NCBI GenBank assembly: GCA_046331705.1
Contig: JAXLQJ010000025.1
Location: forward strand, 62,001-102,374
Direction of reading: 5' to 3'
Source of the DNA: a bacterium
GTDB taxonomy: Bacteria; JADJOY01
Length of the DNA stretch: 40,374 nt
Positions within the stretch are counted from its first letter, which is position 1, and every line of letters begins with the position of its first letter. This document shows, piece by piece, positions 9,001-19,132 of this stretch. Made by a program: the position numbers and the translations under genes. A model generated the notes under the pieces. It was not told the origin of the DNA and ran no database searches. It saw only the letters and a program-made list of their open reading frames with translations.

Positions 9001-10243
9001 GTTCGACTGGATCCTGACCGACGAGCAAAGAGCGATTCGCGACGAGGTTCGCGATCTCGTCAAATCCGTTCCTCGCGACCTGATCTTGGCGATGGATGCC
9101 GATCGCGTGCAATTCCCCGTCGAGCTCCTGCAGGAGGCCGGGCGCCGCAACCTCCTCGGCTGTCGCTACCCGCGTCGCTGGGGCGGCCGCGATCTGGATT
9201 GGGTGACGACCTGCATGGTGATGGAGGAGGTCGGCTGCCTGGGCTACATCTTCGCGTGCGTGTTCGGCGTGGGCGCCGAGCTGGTGTGCGACGCGATCGT
9301 CCTGCACGGCACCGACGAGCAGCGCGAGCGCTACGTTCGTCCGCTGCTTCGCGGCGAGCGCTTCGCCGCCGAATGCCTGACCGAGCCGCGCGGCGGCAGC
9401 GATTTCTTCGGCACGGCCACGCGTGCCGAGCGGCGCGGCGACGTGTTCGTGCTGAACGGCCAGAAGCGCTTCATCGTGGGTGGCACGGCGGCGGATTTCT
9501 TCCTGGTGTACGCGCGCACCAACCTCGATGCGCCGCCGCAGAAGGGCATCACCTGCTTCATCGTCGATCGCGGACCGGGCGTCGAGAGCGAGTACCTCTA
9601 CGGCTTGATGGGCTGCCGCGGCGGCGGCACCGCGCGGCTCACGTTCCGCGACGTCGCGGTGCCCGTGGCGAACGTGCTGGGGGAGATCGACGGCGGCGCC
9701 GAGGTATTCCAGACGATGATGATCCCGGAGCGCCTCGGGACCGCGGCCATGACCATCGGTGCCGCGCGCCCTGCGCTCGAGATCGCCACCGACTACACCA
9801 GCAAGCGCAAGGCCTTCGGTCAGCCGATCGCCGCGTTCCAGGGCGTGAGCTTCCAGGTCGCCGAGGCGGCGATGCTCCTCGACGCGTCGCGCGCCATGGT
9901 CTACGCGACGTCGCTGGCGGTGGATCGTCGCGAGGCGCCGGCCCGGGTTCGACGCCTGATCTCCGAGACCAAGAAGTTCGTGACCGAGTCGTGCCAGCGG
10001 GTGGCGCACAACGCCATGCAGGTGATGGGCGGCATCGGCTACACGAACGTGTTCCCGGTGGAGCGCATCCACCGCGATCTCAGGCTCGCGTCGATCTGGA
10101 CGGGCACCAACGAGGTGATGGCGGCGATCGTCGCCCACGAGTGGTACCGCGAGGCGAAGCGACTCAAGGCCGAGCGCCGCACGCGCGACGCCGAGCCGGA
10201 TGCCGAGCAGGCCGGGGCGGTGGAGGAGAAGGTCTACGAGTGA
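8999..10243 (+). CDS. Acyl-CoA dehydrogenase
   Basis: LTEPRGGSD, LNGQKRFI, RKAFGQPI..FQ, QVMGGIGY and IWTGTNEV motifs. GAGGAGG RBS. Confidence 0.95.
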   Translation: MFDWILTDEQRAIRDEVRDLVKSVPRDLILAMDADRVQFPVELLQEAGRRNLLGCRYPRRWGGRDLDWVTTCMVMEEVGCLGYIFACVFGVGAELVCDAIVLHGTDEQRERYVRPLLRGERFAAECLTEPRGGSDFFGTATRAERRGDVFVLNGQKRFIVGGTAADFFLVYARTNLDAPPQKGITCFIVDRGPGVESEYLYGLMGCRGGGTARLTFRDVAVPVANVLGEIDGGAEVFQTMMIPERLGTAAMTIGAARPALEIATDYTSKRKAFGQPIAAFQGVSFQVAEAAMLLDASRAMVYATSLAVDRREAPARVRRLISETKKFVTESCQRVAHNAMQVMGGIGYTNVFPVERIHRDLRLASIWTGTNEVMAAIVAHEWYREAKRLKAERRTRDAEPDAEQAGAVEEKVYE

Positions 10244-10292
10244 CGAGCGCCGCGCGCGTCGCGGCGGTCGATCGGCGTGATAGAAGCGCGCC

Positions 10293-12326
10293 ATGTCGCT
10301 CGCGGAGCAGTGGCGCGCCCGACGTCGCGGTGGTCGCGCGGAGGCGGGCTGCCGCGCGGTGGCGCGCCGGGGGGTGTGGTTGCTCGCGATCTTGGTGTCG
10401 GCGGCGTGCCGGCGCGCCGACGAGCCCGCGCTGCCCGCGGCGCCGCCCCAGCGCCTCGAGGACGCGTTCACCGTGCCCGCGCCGGGGATGGACTCGGTCA
10501 CCCACGTCGCGGCGCTTCCGCTGTTGCGCTCGGGCGCGCTGACCAAGCAAGTGTCGAGCCGCGATCCGGCCGGCGGCAACGCCGACGGGTTCGCCGGCGG
10601 CACCGAGCTCTACGTCGACGAGCGCGGCGAGCACGTGGTCTTCGACGACTTCGGGCCGGGCTGCATCCAGCGCGCCTGGTTCACCACGATCTTCTCGTGG
10701 CGCGGCCGCCTTCGCCTCTACGTCGACGATCTCGAGCGTCCGCTCGTCGACGAACCGTTCCTCGCGTTCTTCCGCGGCGCGCGGGCACCGTTCGTGTCGC
10801 CGCTCGTGAGCTTCGCGACCGAGTCGAGCGGCGGATTCGTGAGCTACGTCCCGATCTGCTACGCGCGGCGCGCCAAGCTCACGCTCTCGGTCCCACCCGA
10901 GTTCTTCGCGATCACGTACCGCCACCAGGATCTCGATCATCCGGTGCGCTCGTTCACGCTGGACGACGACGTGTCGCTGCTCCGGGCGCAATGGCTGCGG
11001 CCGGAGCGCGACCCCAAGCCGCGAGCCGTGATCGACGAACGCGCTGGAAGCGTCGAGGTCGCGCCCGGCGAATCGCGCGAGATCGTCTCGCTGCGCGGCG
11101 CCGGCGCCGTCTGGAACCTGTCGCTCGGCATCGAGCCCTTCGAGCAGCATGCGGCGTCCGCGACGTGGCTGGTCGCGCGCTGGGATGGCCACGCGACGCC
11201 CGACGTCCAGGCTCCCGTGCCGGACTTCTTCGGCTCGTCGCGGATCGATCGCCCCGCGGGCGGCTTGCTGGTGGGCCGCCACGGCGAGCGCTACGTGACG
11301 CGGTTCCCGATGCCGTTCTGGTCGAGCGCCGAGATCCGCATCGAGAACCGCGGGACGCGCCCGGTCACGGTGTCCCATTCGGTCGAGCTTCTCGAGCGGG
11401 CGTATCCCGCCGCGTCGGGCTATTTCACCGCGCGCTACCACCACGAAGCGCCGACCAGCGCCGGCCGCGACTATCGCTTCGCCGACGTCACGGGCGCCGG
11501 CCATTTCGTGGGTGTGTCGTACGCGATGCAGGGCTCGATCCTCGGGACGTACTTGGAAGGCGACGAGCGGTTCTACGTCGATCGTTCCGCCACGCCAGCG
11601 CTCCAGGGCACCGGCACCGAGGACTACTTCAACGGCGGCTGGTACTTCCTCTTCGGTCGCTTCTCGCAAGCGCTCTTCGGCGCGCCGTACAGGCTCTCGC
11701 CCACCGGCGTCACCAGCGGTCGAACGGGTGCGTACCGCGTGCACCTCGGAGATCTGGTGACCTTCTTCGATGGGGCTCGCTTCGCGATCGAGCACGACGC
11801 CACCGACGACAACACCCACGACGATCACGCGAGCGTCGCCTATCTCTACCTCCATCCCGAGCCGCTGCTGGTCTGGAGCGACGCGATCGACGTGGGCGAT
11901 CCCGCTTCCGAGGCGAGCCACGGCTATCGAGCCACCGACGCGTCCGAGGCGAGCGCCGAGGAGTCGACGTTCGAGGGCGATGACGACGACCGCCTCGTGC
12001 GCGACTCGGGCCGGCTCGTGAGCGGCGCGAGCGAGCTCGATCTGGCGCTCGACGCGCGGAACGAAGGCGTGCTGCTGCGTCGCCGTCTGGACCAGCGCCA
12101 CGGTCGCCAGCAAGCGGAGGTGCTCGTCGACGGCCAGCCGGCCGGCACCTGGTACGACGTCTTCGAGAATCCCATCCAGCGCTGGGCGGAGAGCGACTTC
12201 CTGCTTCCCGCCTCGCTGACCCGCTCCAAGTCGCGCATCCACGTCGAGCTGGTGAATCGAGGTCGCACGCCCTGGACGGAGCTCGGCTATCGAGCGGGAA
12301 GCATTCTCGCGCCCGCACCGCGCTGA
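10293..12326 (+). CDS. DUF2961 (GH172-like) glycoside hydrolase, putative lipoprotein
   Basis: LEGDERFYVD and GTGTEDYFNGGWYF motifs, plus PDFFG and PMPF. Lipobox LVSAA-C, a duplicated DUF2961-like N-terminal half, and an extra C-terminal domain. Confidence 0.8.
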   Translation: MSLAEQWRARRRGGRAEAGCRAVARRGVWLLAILVSAACRRADEPALPAAPPQRLEDAFTVPAPGMDSVTHVAALPLLRSGALTKQVSSRDPAGGNADGFAGGTELYVDERGEHVVFDDFGPGCIQRAWFTTIFSWRGRLRLYVDDLERPLVDEPFLAFFRGARAPFVSPLVSFATESSGGFVSYVPICYARRAKLTLSVPPEFFAITYRHQDLDHPVRSFTLDDDVSLLRAQWLRPERDPKPRAVIDERAGSVEVAPGESREIVSLRGAGAVWNLSLGIEPFEQHAASATWLVARWDGHATPDVQAPVPDFFGSSRIDRPAGGLLVGRHGERYVTRFPMPFWSSAEIRIENRGTRPVTVSHSVELLERAYPAASGYFTARYHHEAPTSAGRDYRFADVTGAGHFVGVSYAMQGSILGTYLEGDERFYVDRSATPALQGTGTEDYFNGGWYFLFGRFSQALFGAPYRLSPTGVTSGRTGAYRVHLGDLVTFFDGARFAIEHDATDDNTHDDHASVAYLYLHPEPLLVWSDAIDVGDPASEASHGYRATDASEASAEESTFEGDDDDRLVRDSGRLVSGASELDLALDARNEGVLLRRRLDQRHGRQQAEVLVDGQPAGTWYDVFENPIQRWAESDFLLPASLTRSKSRIHVELVNRGRTPWTELGYRAGSILAPAPR

Positions 12327-12503
12327 GAAATGCCGTCGAGCGTCAGCGCCCGCCACGGCATCGTCGGGTGGCGCTGACTCACTTCCAAGAAACGTCGTCC
12401 ACGGTCGCGAATCGTCGCGTCGCACGCAGCACCGAGGCGAACGATCCCGCTCGTTTGCGCTCGCTGCTCCGTCATTTCCCGACACTCGCTCGCGCGGCGC
12501 GAT

Positions 12504-12519
12504 TGGCCGCGCGTTTGCG
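12504..12519 (+). promoter_or_regulatory. Sigma54-like promoter upstream of the PilZ gene
   Basis: TGGCCGC-GCGT-TTGCG with GG and GC 12 nt apart. A facing minus-strand motif TGGCACG-GGTT-CGGCT lies at 12520-12535. Confidence 0.45.
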
Positions 12520-12569
12520 AGCCGAACCCGTGCCACGAGCTCTCATGGAGGAGAGCGACGACGTCACGG

Positions 12570-13391
12570 CTGACTCATCCCGCACCGACCCCCGTCCCGC
12601 CGCTCGGCGCCCGCGCGAGCGCGTCGTCGAGCGCCCGCGCGCCGGGAGCGGAACGTCGGCGATTTCCGCGCGCAGCGATCCAATGGGTGGTGCATTTCCA
12701 GAGCGCGAGCGGGCTCGATTCCGGCGAGTCGATCGACGTCAGCGCTCGTGGCTTGTTGCTGCGCTCGCCGACCGCCGTGCCGATCGGCACGCGCCTCGAG
12801 CTCAAGTTCCACCCGCCCACGTGGTCGCGTCCCGTGCTGCTCGCGGGAGTGGTGGTTCGTCACGCCGGTAGTCCGCGCAAAGTGGGAATTCGTTTCGTGG
12901 ACGTGCCGCCCGACACGGAACGCGACCTCGCGACCTACGTGCAGCATCACCTCGAGCGGGTGCACCGCGTGCCCTCGGCTGCGCCGTCCAGCGGCGCGGT
13001 CGTGGCGCCGCCGACGGTCGCCGGTCGACCGCACTCGCCAGCGCCCGCGTGCGGCGAGGACCGGCGCATCGAGCCCCGCGTCGCGGGCCGGTTCCAGGTG
13101 GTCTTCCGAAGCGACGAGCACTTTCTCTCCGAGTACGCGACCAGCCTGTCGAGCCACGGTCTCTTCATCGAGACCGCGCTTCCGTTCGAGCTCGGGACGG
13201 TGATCGAGATCCAGCTGGTGCTGCCCGCGCTCCGCGAGCGCGTGGTGGTGCAAGGTCGCGTGGTGCGGCGCGTCAGCCCGGCGCCGGGCGTCAAGGCGGG
13301 AATCGGCTTGAAGCTGATCGCTGGCGCCGGCTCGGGGTTGACCGCGATCCACGATCTCGCGCAACTGCGGCGCGCGACGACCGGCCGCTAG
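12570..13391 (+). CDS. Tandem PilZ-domain protein (second domain of myxobacterial TIGR02266 type); start uncertain
   Basis: ERRRFPR (from 12651) with DVSARG in domain 1. DRRIEPR...[15 protein letters not shown] in domain 2. The frame is open upstream of the tracked GTG 12687. Confidence 0.8.
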   Translation: MTHPAPTPVPPLGARASASSSARAPGAERRRFPRAAIQWVVHFQSASGLDSGESIDVSARGLLLRSPTAVPIGTRLELKFHPPTWSRPVLLAGVVVRHAGSPRKVGIRFVDVPPDTERDLATYVQHHLERVHRVPSAAPSSGAVVAPPTVAGRPHSPAPACGEDRRIEPRVAGRFQVVFRSDEHFLSEYATSLSSHGLFIETALPFELGTVIEIQLVLPALRERVVVQGRVVRRVSPAPGVKAGIGLKLIAGAGSGLTAIHDLAQLRRATTGR

Positions 13392-13547
13392 GATTCTTGC
13401 GCGCGTTGCGCTTCGCACCGGGCCAGGCGACTCGGTCTCGTCTCCCGCCGCCGCCAGCTCGCGCGCCGAAGCGGCGTACGAGCACGCCCCAATCGCCGCA
13501 AGCATCGCTAGACTGCGCGCCGGGCGAGCGCAGGCGGTATCCGAGTC

Positions 13548-14786
13548 ATGGCGACCAAGGCGAGAAGCGAGCGAGGCGCGCCGACGCGGTACGCGCGCGA
13601 CGAGCAGCGCGTCCTCAATCCGCAGGCGTGGCGGCATTACCGACGCTCGTACGCCCGCGGCGAGGTGCTCGCCGGCGCCCTCGTCGTCGTCGGGCTGGTG
13701 GCCATCGCGACGTGGGTGCGCTGGATGGGGGCGCATCCGGATCCGAACCTGGCACGCGTGTCGCTCGATGCGCTGGCTGGAGACCCGGCGCGCACGGTCG
13801 TCGAGAGCGTGCCGCCGAGCGCAGGACGAGCAAGCAGTCCTGCTCCGACGCCCACGGCCGTTCCAGCGTCCGCGCGCGGGGCATTGCCCGGCGAGCTGGC
13901 GCCACCGGGCTTCAGCGAGGGCAAGCCCGCGACCTTCGACGCCGACAATCTTTACGAGAAGATCGACGGCCGCGCGAACTACTTCACCTCGCGAGGTTTC
14001 CGCTCGCTCTCGTTCGTGTCGCTCACGTCCGTCGGCGATCCGGCGGCGGCATCGATCGACGTCGAGCTCTACGACATGGCCAACGCCGAGAACGCGCTGA
14101 GCGCTTACGGCGGAGAGAAGTCGGCGGAGATCGCCTCCGAGCGGCACGCGGCCGGCCTCTGGCACCTCGACCGCAACGCGCTCTATCTCACTCAGGGGCG
14201 TTACTACTTGCGCGCCATCGGCTCCGACGAGAGCGAGGCGACGCGGGCCGCGTTGCTTGCCGTGAAGGCCCGCATCCAGGCCGCGTTTCCGGGCGAGGCG
14301 CAGGAGCTGCCCTGGGCGCACCGGCTCTTGGGCGTGCTCGGGATCGCGTCCGGCCAGATCGAGTTCCACCGCGAGGCGGCGTTCTCGTTCGGGTTCGCGA
14401 ACGACGTGTACTCGGCGCTGCTCGACGACCAAGCCACCGAGGTCTTCGTCACCGTGACCGCCGACGAGACCGCCGCCGCGAACCTCGTGCGCCAGTTCGT
14501 GGACGGCTTCGCGAGCTACGGGGAACGGGTGGCGAGCGGTGGCGAGACCTGGGTGAAGGACCGCTACTTGAGCTCGTACGCGACGGCGCGCGCCCAGCGC
14601 GCGTTCGTGTTCGGCGTGCGCGGAGCGCCGGACCTCGAAGCGGCTCGCGCCGCCCTCGCCAAGCTCGCCGCCGCGATCGTCGCGTTCCCGGAGGTGCCAC
14701 GTGTGGCGGCGCACGAGCCGACGTCCCCGAGCTCGCCCGGGGAGGCCGCCGATCATTACGCTGGCGGCGGGGAAGGGGAGCACTGA
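13548..14786 (+). CDS. Membrane-anchored DUF6599-like protein
   Basis: Single TM helix, then [27 protein letters not shown]...NALSAY and QGRYY. Sits at the head of the DUF362/Fe-S cluster. Confidence 0.7.
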   Translation: MATKARSERGAPTRYARDEQRVLNPQAWRHYRRSYARGEVLAGALVVVGLVAIATWVRWMGAHPDPNLARVSLDALAGDPARTVVESVPPSAGRASSPAPTPTAVPASARGALPGELAPPGFSEGKPATFDADNLYEKIDGRANYFTSRGFRSLSFVSLTSVGDPAAASIDVELYDMANAENALSAYGGEKSAEIASERHAAGLWHLDRNALYLTQGRYYLRAIGSDESEATRAALLAVKARIQAAFPGEAQELPWAHRLLGVLGIASGQIEFHREAAFSFGFANDVYSALLDDQATEVFVTVTADETAAANLVRQFVDGFASYGERVASGGETWVKDRYLSSYATARAQRAFVFGVRGAPDLEAARAALAKLAAAIVAFPEVPRVAAHEPTSPSSPGEAADHYAGGGEGEH

Positions 14787-14788
14787 CG

Positions 14789-15871
14789 ATGGCGGACGTG
14801 GAAGGCGCGGGCGCGCCGTCGAGCGACGACGGCGGCGCGGCGAAGGGCGAGGGCGAGCTCGCGGCCACCACGCGCCGCCGCTTCCTCCGTCAGGTGAGTG
14901 TCGTGGCGGGCGTGTCGGCCGCTGCCGGCTGGGCTGCGCTGGCGCCGCCGAACCAGCCGTTCTCGCTTCGCGATCCCGACGGCGAGCGCGGCAAGCCGGC
15001 GCGCAAGAGCGTGCGGCTCAAGGAAGGCGGGTTCGCCGTCGACGCATCGCCGACGGCTGCGCGGCTCGGCGTCGCGCGCGGCGAGCGAGTCGAGGCGATG
15101 GTGCGCGCCGCCGTCGACGCCATCGGCGGCATGTCCCGTTTCGTGAAGCGCGGCGAGCGGGTGCTCATCAAGCCGAACGTCGCGTTCGAGCGGGTCGCGG
15201 CCCTGGGCGCCACCACCAACCCCGAGGTGCTGGTGGCGCTGATCCTGCTCGCGCGCGAAGCCGGCGCCGCCGAGGTGCGGGTGGTGGACAATCCCATCGA
15301 GGCCGCGGAGGCGTGCTTCGAGCGCAGCGGGATCCGTACCGCCGCGGTCCGCGCAGGCGCCCGCGTCTACCTGCCGACGCCCAGCGACTTCGAACCGCTG
15401 GTCACGCCGGGCGCCACGCTCATCGAGCGCTGGTCGTTCTTCCACCGGCCCTTCGTGGGCATCGACAAGGTCATCGGCGTCGCGCCCGTGAAGGACCACA
15501 ACCTGTGCTCCGCGTCGATGACGACGAAGAACTGGTATGGGCTGCTCGGTGGGCGCCGCAACCAGTTCCACCAGGACATCCACACGATCATCACCGACCT
15601 CGCGCGCATGCTCAGGCCCACCTTCGTGGTGCTCGACGGCACGCGCGTGCTCTGGCGCAGCGGCCCCACGGGCGGAAGCCTGGCGGACGTGCGGCTCGGC
15701 AGGACCATCGTGGCGAGCACGGATTCGCTCACCGCGGACGCGTTCGGCTGGGACGAGCTGCTGGCGCGCGATCCGGCTGCGCGCCCTGCCTATCTCGCCC
15801 GCGCCGCGGCGGCCGGCCTCGGCGATCCCGATTGGCGTTCGCAAGCGTCGAAGGAGACGCAGGTTGGCTGA
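14789..15871 (+). CDS. DUF362 domain protein with Tat signal
   Basis: TRRRFL twin-arginine signal; [38 protein letters not shown] and GPTGG motifs. Confidence 0.88.
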   Translation: MADVEGAGAPSSDDGGAAKGEGELAATTRRRFLRQVSVVAGVSAAAGWAALAPPNQPFSLRDPDGERGKPARKSVRLKEGGFAVDASPTAARLGVARGERVEAMVRAAVDAIGGMSRFVKRGERVLIKPNVAFERVAALGATTNPEVLVALILLAREAGAAEVRVVDNPIEAAEACFERSGIRTAAVRAGARVYLPTPSDFEPLVTPGATLIERWSFFHRPFVGIDKVIGVAPVKDHNLCSASMTTKNWYGLLGGRRNQFHQDIHTIITDLARMLRPTFVVLDGTRVLWRSGPTGGSLADVRLGRTIVASTDSLTADAFGWDELLARDPAARPAYLARAAAAGLGDPDWRSQASKETQVG

Positions 15872-17636
15872 GCGCCTCTTCACCCGCGGCCGCGACGGCA
15901 AGGCCTACCTCGCCGGCTTCGAGCCCAGCGCCGACGGCTCGCCGTGGTGGGTTCGCCGCTTTCGAATCACCAACGTTCGGGTGGTCTCGCAAGCGTTCTT
16001 CTTCGCGCTCTTCGTGTTCCTGCTCTGGACCACCTGGTTCAGCCGGCTGGGCGGTTACCCGGTCTCGCTCTTCCTCGAGATCGACCCGCTGGTGGGCTTC
16101 GCGACGGCGATCTCCACTCACACGGTCTACAAATGGCTGTGGCGCGGGCTCTTCGTGCTGGTGCCGACGCTGCTCCTGGGGCGCGTCTTCTGCAACTGGA
16201 TGTGCCCGTACGGCAGCCTTCATCAATTCATCGGCTGGGCGTTCAACATCCGCGCGAACCGCAACGCGATCGACTCCAACCGATATCGGCCGCTCTTCCA
16301 GCTCAAGTACGTGATCCTCACCATCATGCTGGTGATGGCGGCGATGGGCTCGTTGCAGATCGGGCTCCTGGATCCGATCTGCCTCTTGGTGCGGAGCTTC
16401 GCCACGGTCTTCGAGCCGGCCGCCGACTTCGGCACGCGTTCGCTCGGCGCGGCGCTCGCCGAGCGGGGCGTGAACGCCGATCTCTCGACGGCGCTCTTCG
16501 CGCCGGGCGCGCCGCACCAGCGGATCTTCGCCGGTGCCTGGTTCGTGGGCGCGATGATCGTCGGCTTGGTCGGCATGAACCTGGTGATCCCGCGGTTCTT
16601 CTGCCGCGTGCTCTGTCCCCTGGGCGCGTTCCTGGGGGTCCTCGCGCGGTTCGCGCCGTGGCGCATCGAGCGCGATCTCACCAAGTGCACCGACTGTGAC
16701 CTGTGCCTGAAACGCTGCGAAGGCGCCAGCGATCCCCACGCGGCGCTGCGCAAGAGCGAATGCTTCGTGTGCTTCAACTGCATCGACGATTGCCCCGAGG
16801 AGGCACTCACGTTCACGCGCGCGCCGGCGTCGGTCAAGCCGTGGATCGTGGGCAAGCTCGAGGACGTGAAGCGCGGTGCGGCGACGCTCTTCGGGCGGCG
16901 CATCCTCAGCCAGATCTGGGACACGGAGGTCGCGGCGCCGGACTTGCCGCGGCGGCGCTGGATCTTCGCGTCGGTCGCGGGTGTGCTCGGGTTCCCGTTT
17001 CTCAGGCTCTCGAAGGCGGTCAACGATCGCGGCTTCGACGCCAAGGCCATTCGCCCGCCGGGCTCGGTGGCCGAGCCGGAGTTCCTCGAACGCTGCATCA
17101 AATGCGACGCGTGCATCCACGTCTGCCCCACCAACGTGTTGCAGCCTTCGACGCTGGCTCAGGGCGGCTTCGAGGGCGTGTGGACGCCGGTCATGGATTT
17201 CGCCGTCGGGTTCTGCCAGCTGAACTGCACCCTCTGCAGCGAGGTGTGTCCGACCGGCGCCATCCAGAAGACCTCGCTCGAGCGCAAGCTCGGAGTGGGC
17301 GCGCACCAGGCGCAGGGTCCGATCCGCGTCGGTACGGCGTTCTTCGACCAAGGCCGCTGCTTGCCCTGGGCGATGCAGACGCCGTGTGTCGTGTGCGAGG
17401 AGGTCTGCCCCGTCACACCCAAGGCGATCGGCACGTACGACGAGACCATCACCCGCTGGGACGGCAAGACCGTGACCCTGAACAAGCCCTACATTCGCCC
17501 CGAGCTCTGCATCGGCTGCGGCATCTGCGAGCACGAATGCCCGGTGATCGACAGCGCCGCGGTGTACGTCACCGCGATCGGTGAAACGCGCTCGGAGGCT
17601 CGCTCGTTGCTGCTGGACAGGCCGAAGCCCGTCTGA
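15864..17636 (+). CDS. Membrane polyferredoxin (NapH/MauN-like TM part fused to a NapG/MauM-like ferredoxin)
   Basis: TTG start with [21 protein letters not shown] and [11 protein letters not shown] motifs, multiple CxxCxxCxxxC(P) motifs, IRPPG, and an internal PRRRWI before the last TM helix. Confidence 0.88.
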   Translation: MAERLFTRGRDGKAYLAGFEPSADGSPWWVRRFRITNVRVVSQAFFFALFVFLLWTTWFSRLGGYPVSLFLEIDPLVGFATAISTHTVYKWLWRGLFVLVPTLLLGRVFCNWMCPYGSLHQFIGWAFNIRANRNAIDSNRYRPLFQLKYVILTIMLVMAAMGSLQIGLLDPICLLVRSFATVFEPAADFGTRSLGAALAERGVNADLSTALFAPGAPHQRIFAGAWFVGAMIVGLVGMNLVIPRFFCRVLCPLGAFLGVLARFAPWRIERDLTKCTDCDLCLKRCEGASDPHAALRKSECFVCFNCIDDCPEEALTFTRAPASVKPWIVGKLEDVKRGAATLFGRRILSQIWDTEVAAPDLPRRRWIFASVAGVLGFPFLRLSKAVNDRGFDAKAIRPPGSVAEPEFLERCIKCDACIHVCPTNVLQPSTLAQGGFEGVWTPVMDFAVGFCQLNCTLCSEVCPTGAIQKTSLERKLGVGAHQAQGPIRVGTAFFDQGRCLPWAMQTPCVVCEEVCPVTPKAIGTYDETITRWDGKTVTLNKPYIRPELCIGCGICEHECPVIDSAAVYVTAIGETRSEARSLLLDRPKPV

Positions 17637-17673
17637 GACGATCGCCCGTCCCAGACGTCGCTGCGGAGGAACC

Positions 17674-18882
17674 ATGGCCCCCAATCGAGACGGAATCACC
17701 CGACGAGAAGCGCTGGCGCTGGGAGGCGCGGTCTCCGCGGCTTTGCTCGCGGAAGGCAGCTTGGGCGCGGCGCGAGCGCTCGCCGCGGACGCGCCGTTGC
17801 CGCAGATTCCGCGCCGGGTGCTGGGGAAGACGGGGAAGCAGATCCCGATCTTGCTGATGGGCGGCGACAACGGCTTCGACAAGGTCTTCGATCCGCGCCT
17901 CGCCGAGGGCCTGCGCTACGGCCTCGACTACGTGGACGCGGCCGATTGTTACGCCGGCGGCAACTGCGAGAGCTCGCTCGGCGTCTTCGTGAAGCGCCTC
18001 AAGTCGCGCGATCAACTCTGGATCACCTCGAAGAGCGACGCCCACGATCCAGCCGGATTCGTGAAGACCGTCGATCAGAGCCTCGCGCGGCTCGGCACGC
18101 CCTACGTCGACCTGATGTTCCTGCACAATCTCTCCGAGCCGCGCTTCCTGAGCGACGAGCTGGCGAAGACGGTCGCGAAGCTCAAGGACGAGGGGAAGAT
18201 CCGGCATTTCGGGTTCTCGAGCCATGCGACCAACGTGGTCGAGCTGCTCAACCTGGCGGCCAAGACGCCGTGGGTCGAGGCGGTGATGTTCCGCTACAAC
18301 TTCCGCAAGTACGGCGACAAGGAGCTCAACGCCGCCATGGACGCGGCGCACGGCGCGGGCGTGGGCCTGATCGCGATGAAGACCCAGGGCTCGGAGGCCG
18401 AGCGCGACGCCTGGAAGCAATTCCAGCAGAACGGTCGCTGGACCAAGCACCAGGCGGTGCTCAAGAGCGTGTGGTCGGACGCGCGCATCTCCGCCGCGGT
18501 GAGCGGCATGGATACGCTCGACAAGCTGCGCCAGAACATCGGCGCCGCGGTCGACCGGACCGACCTGACGGCGCTCGAGGAGGGCGAGATCGAGCGCTAC
18601 GCGCTGGCGACGCGCTCGCTCGCCTGCGACGGCTGCGACCAGCACTGCGGTGCCGCGATGCGCGACGCCGCCGGCGCGGACCTGCGGATCGCCGATCGGC
18701 TTCGGTTCCTGACCTACCACGAGAGCTACGGCCGCACCGAGCGCGCGCGCGAGCTCTACGCGATGCTGCCCGAGGGTGCGCGCGACCTGGCGCACCTCGA
18801 CTTCGCCCCCGCCAATCGCGCGTGCCCGCATGGGGTGGACGTGGCCACGCTGGTGAAGCGCGCCGCGACGCTGCTGGGCTGA
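17674..18882 (+). CDS. Tat-exported aldo/keto reductase with C-terminal Fe-S cysteines
   Basis: TRREAL signal; PRRVLGKTG, DAADCY, SK, SLARLGTPYVDLMFLH, GKIRHFGFSSH and GLIAMK motifs; CDGCDQHC...ACPHG at the C-terminus. Confidence 0.9.
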   Translation: MAPNRDGITRREALALGGAVSAALLAEGSLGAARALAADAPLPQIPRRVLGKTGKQIPILLMGGDNGFDKVFDPRLAEGLRYGLDYVDAADCYAGGNCESSLGVFVKRLKSRDQLWITSKSDAHDPAGFVKTVDQSLARLGTPYVDLMFLHNLSEPRFLSDELAKTVAKLKDEGKIRHFGFSSHATNVVELLNLAAKTPWVEAVMFRYNFRKYGDKELNAAMDAAHGAGVGLIAMKTQGSEAERDAWKQFQQNGRWTKHQAVLKSVWSDARISAAVSGMDTLDKLRQNIGAAVDRTDLTALEEGEIERYALATRSLACDGCDQHCGAAMRDAAGADLRIADRLRFLTYHESYGRTERARELYAMLPEGARDLAHLDFAPANRACPHGVDVATLVKRAATLLG

Positions 18883-19079
18883 GCGCGTTTTCGTTCGAGG
18901 CTTCCGAGGCCGAGCCCCGCGAACGCGGTGGAAGCTCGGATCGAGCCGGCGTCGCCCACGACGGAACGTGCCGGGCCGCGCGGATAGCGGCTCGATGGCG
19001 CGCGGGTCGCCAAACGCTCCCTGCGCCCTCGGGGCTCGGGATCCGCGCCAGCAGCCGGACGGCGTGGCACGGGGGGGCC

Positions 19080-19108
19080 GCCCCGGGGGCGTTCGTTGCC
19101 CCCGGGGC
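19080..19108. other. Perfect 11-bp GC hairpin (possible terminator or RNA-stabilising stem)
   Basis: GCCCCGGGGGC-GTTCGTT-GCCCCCGGGGC; no U-tract follows. Confidence 0.4.
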
Positions 19109-19132
19109 GCGCCCCAACTTGCCGCGCCAAAA

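Noticed and set aside
13049..15871. 940-aa ORF and other long Arg/Ala/Pro-rich ORFs (e.g. 734..2941-, 10164..12536-, 12564..14783-, 24767..26800+, 27823..29982+)
   Set aside because: These are shadow frames caused by stop-codon scarcity at high GC. They overlap motif-supported genes; only the DUF362 part (from 14789) of this ORF is real.
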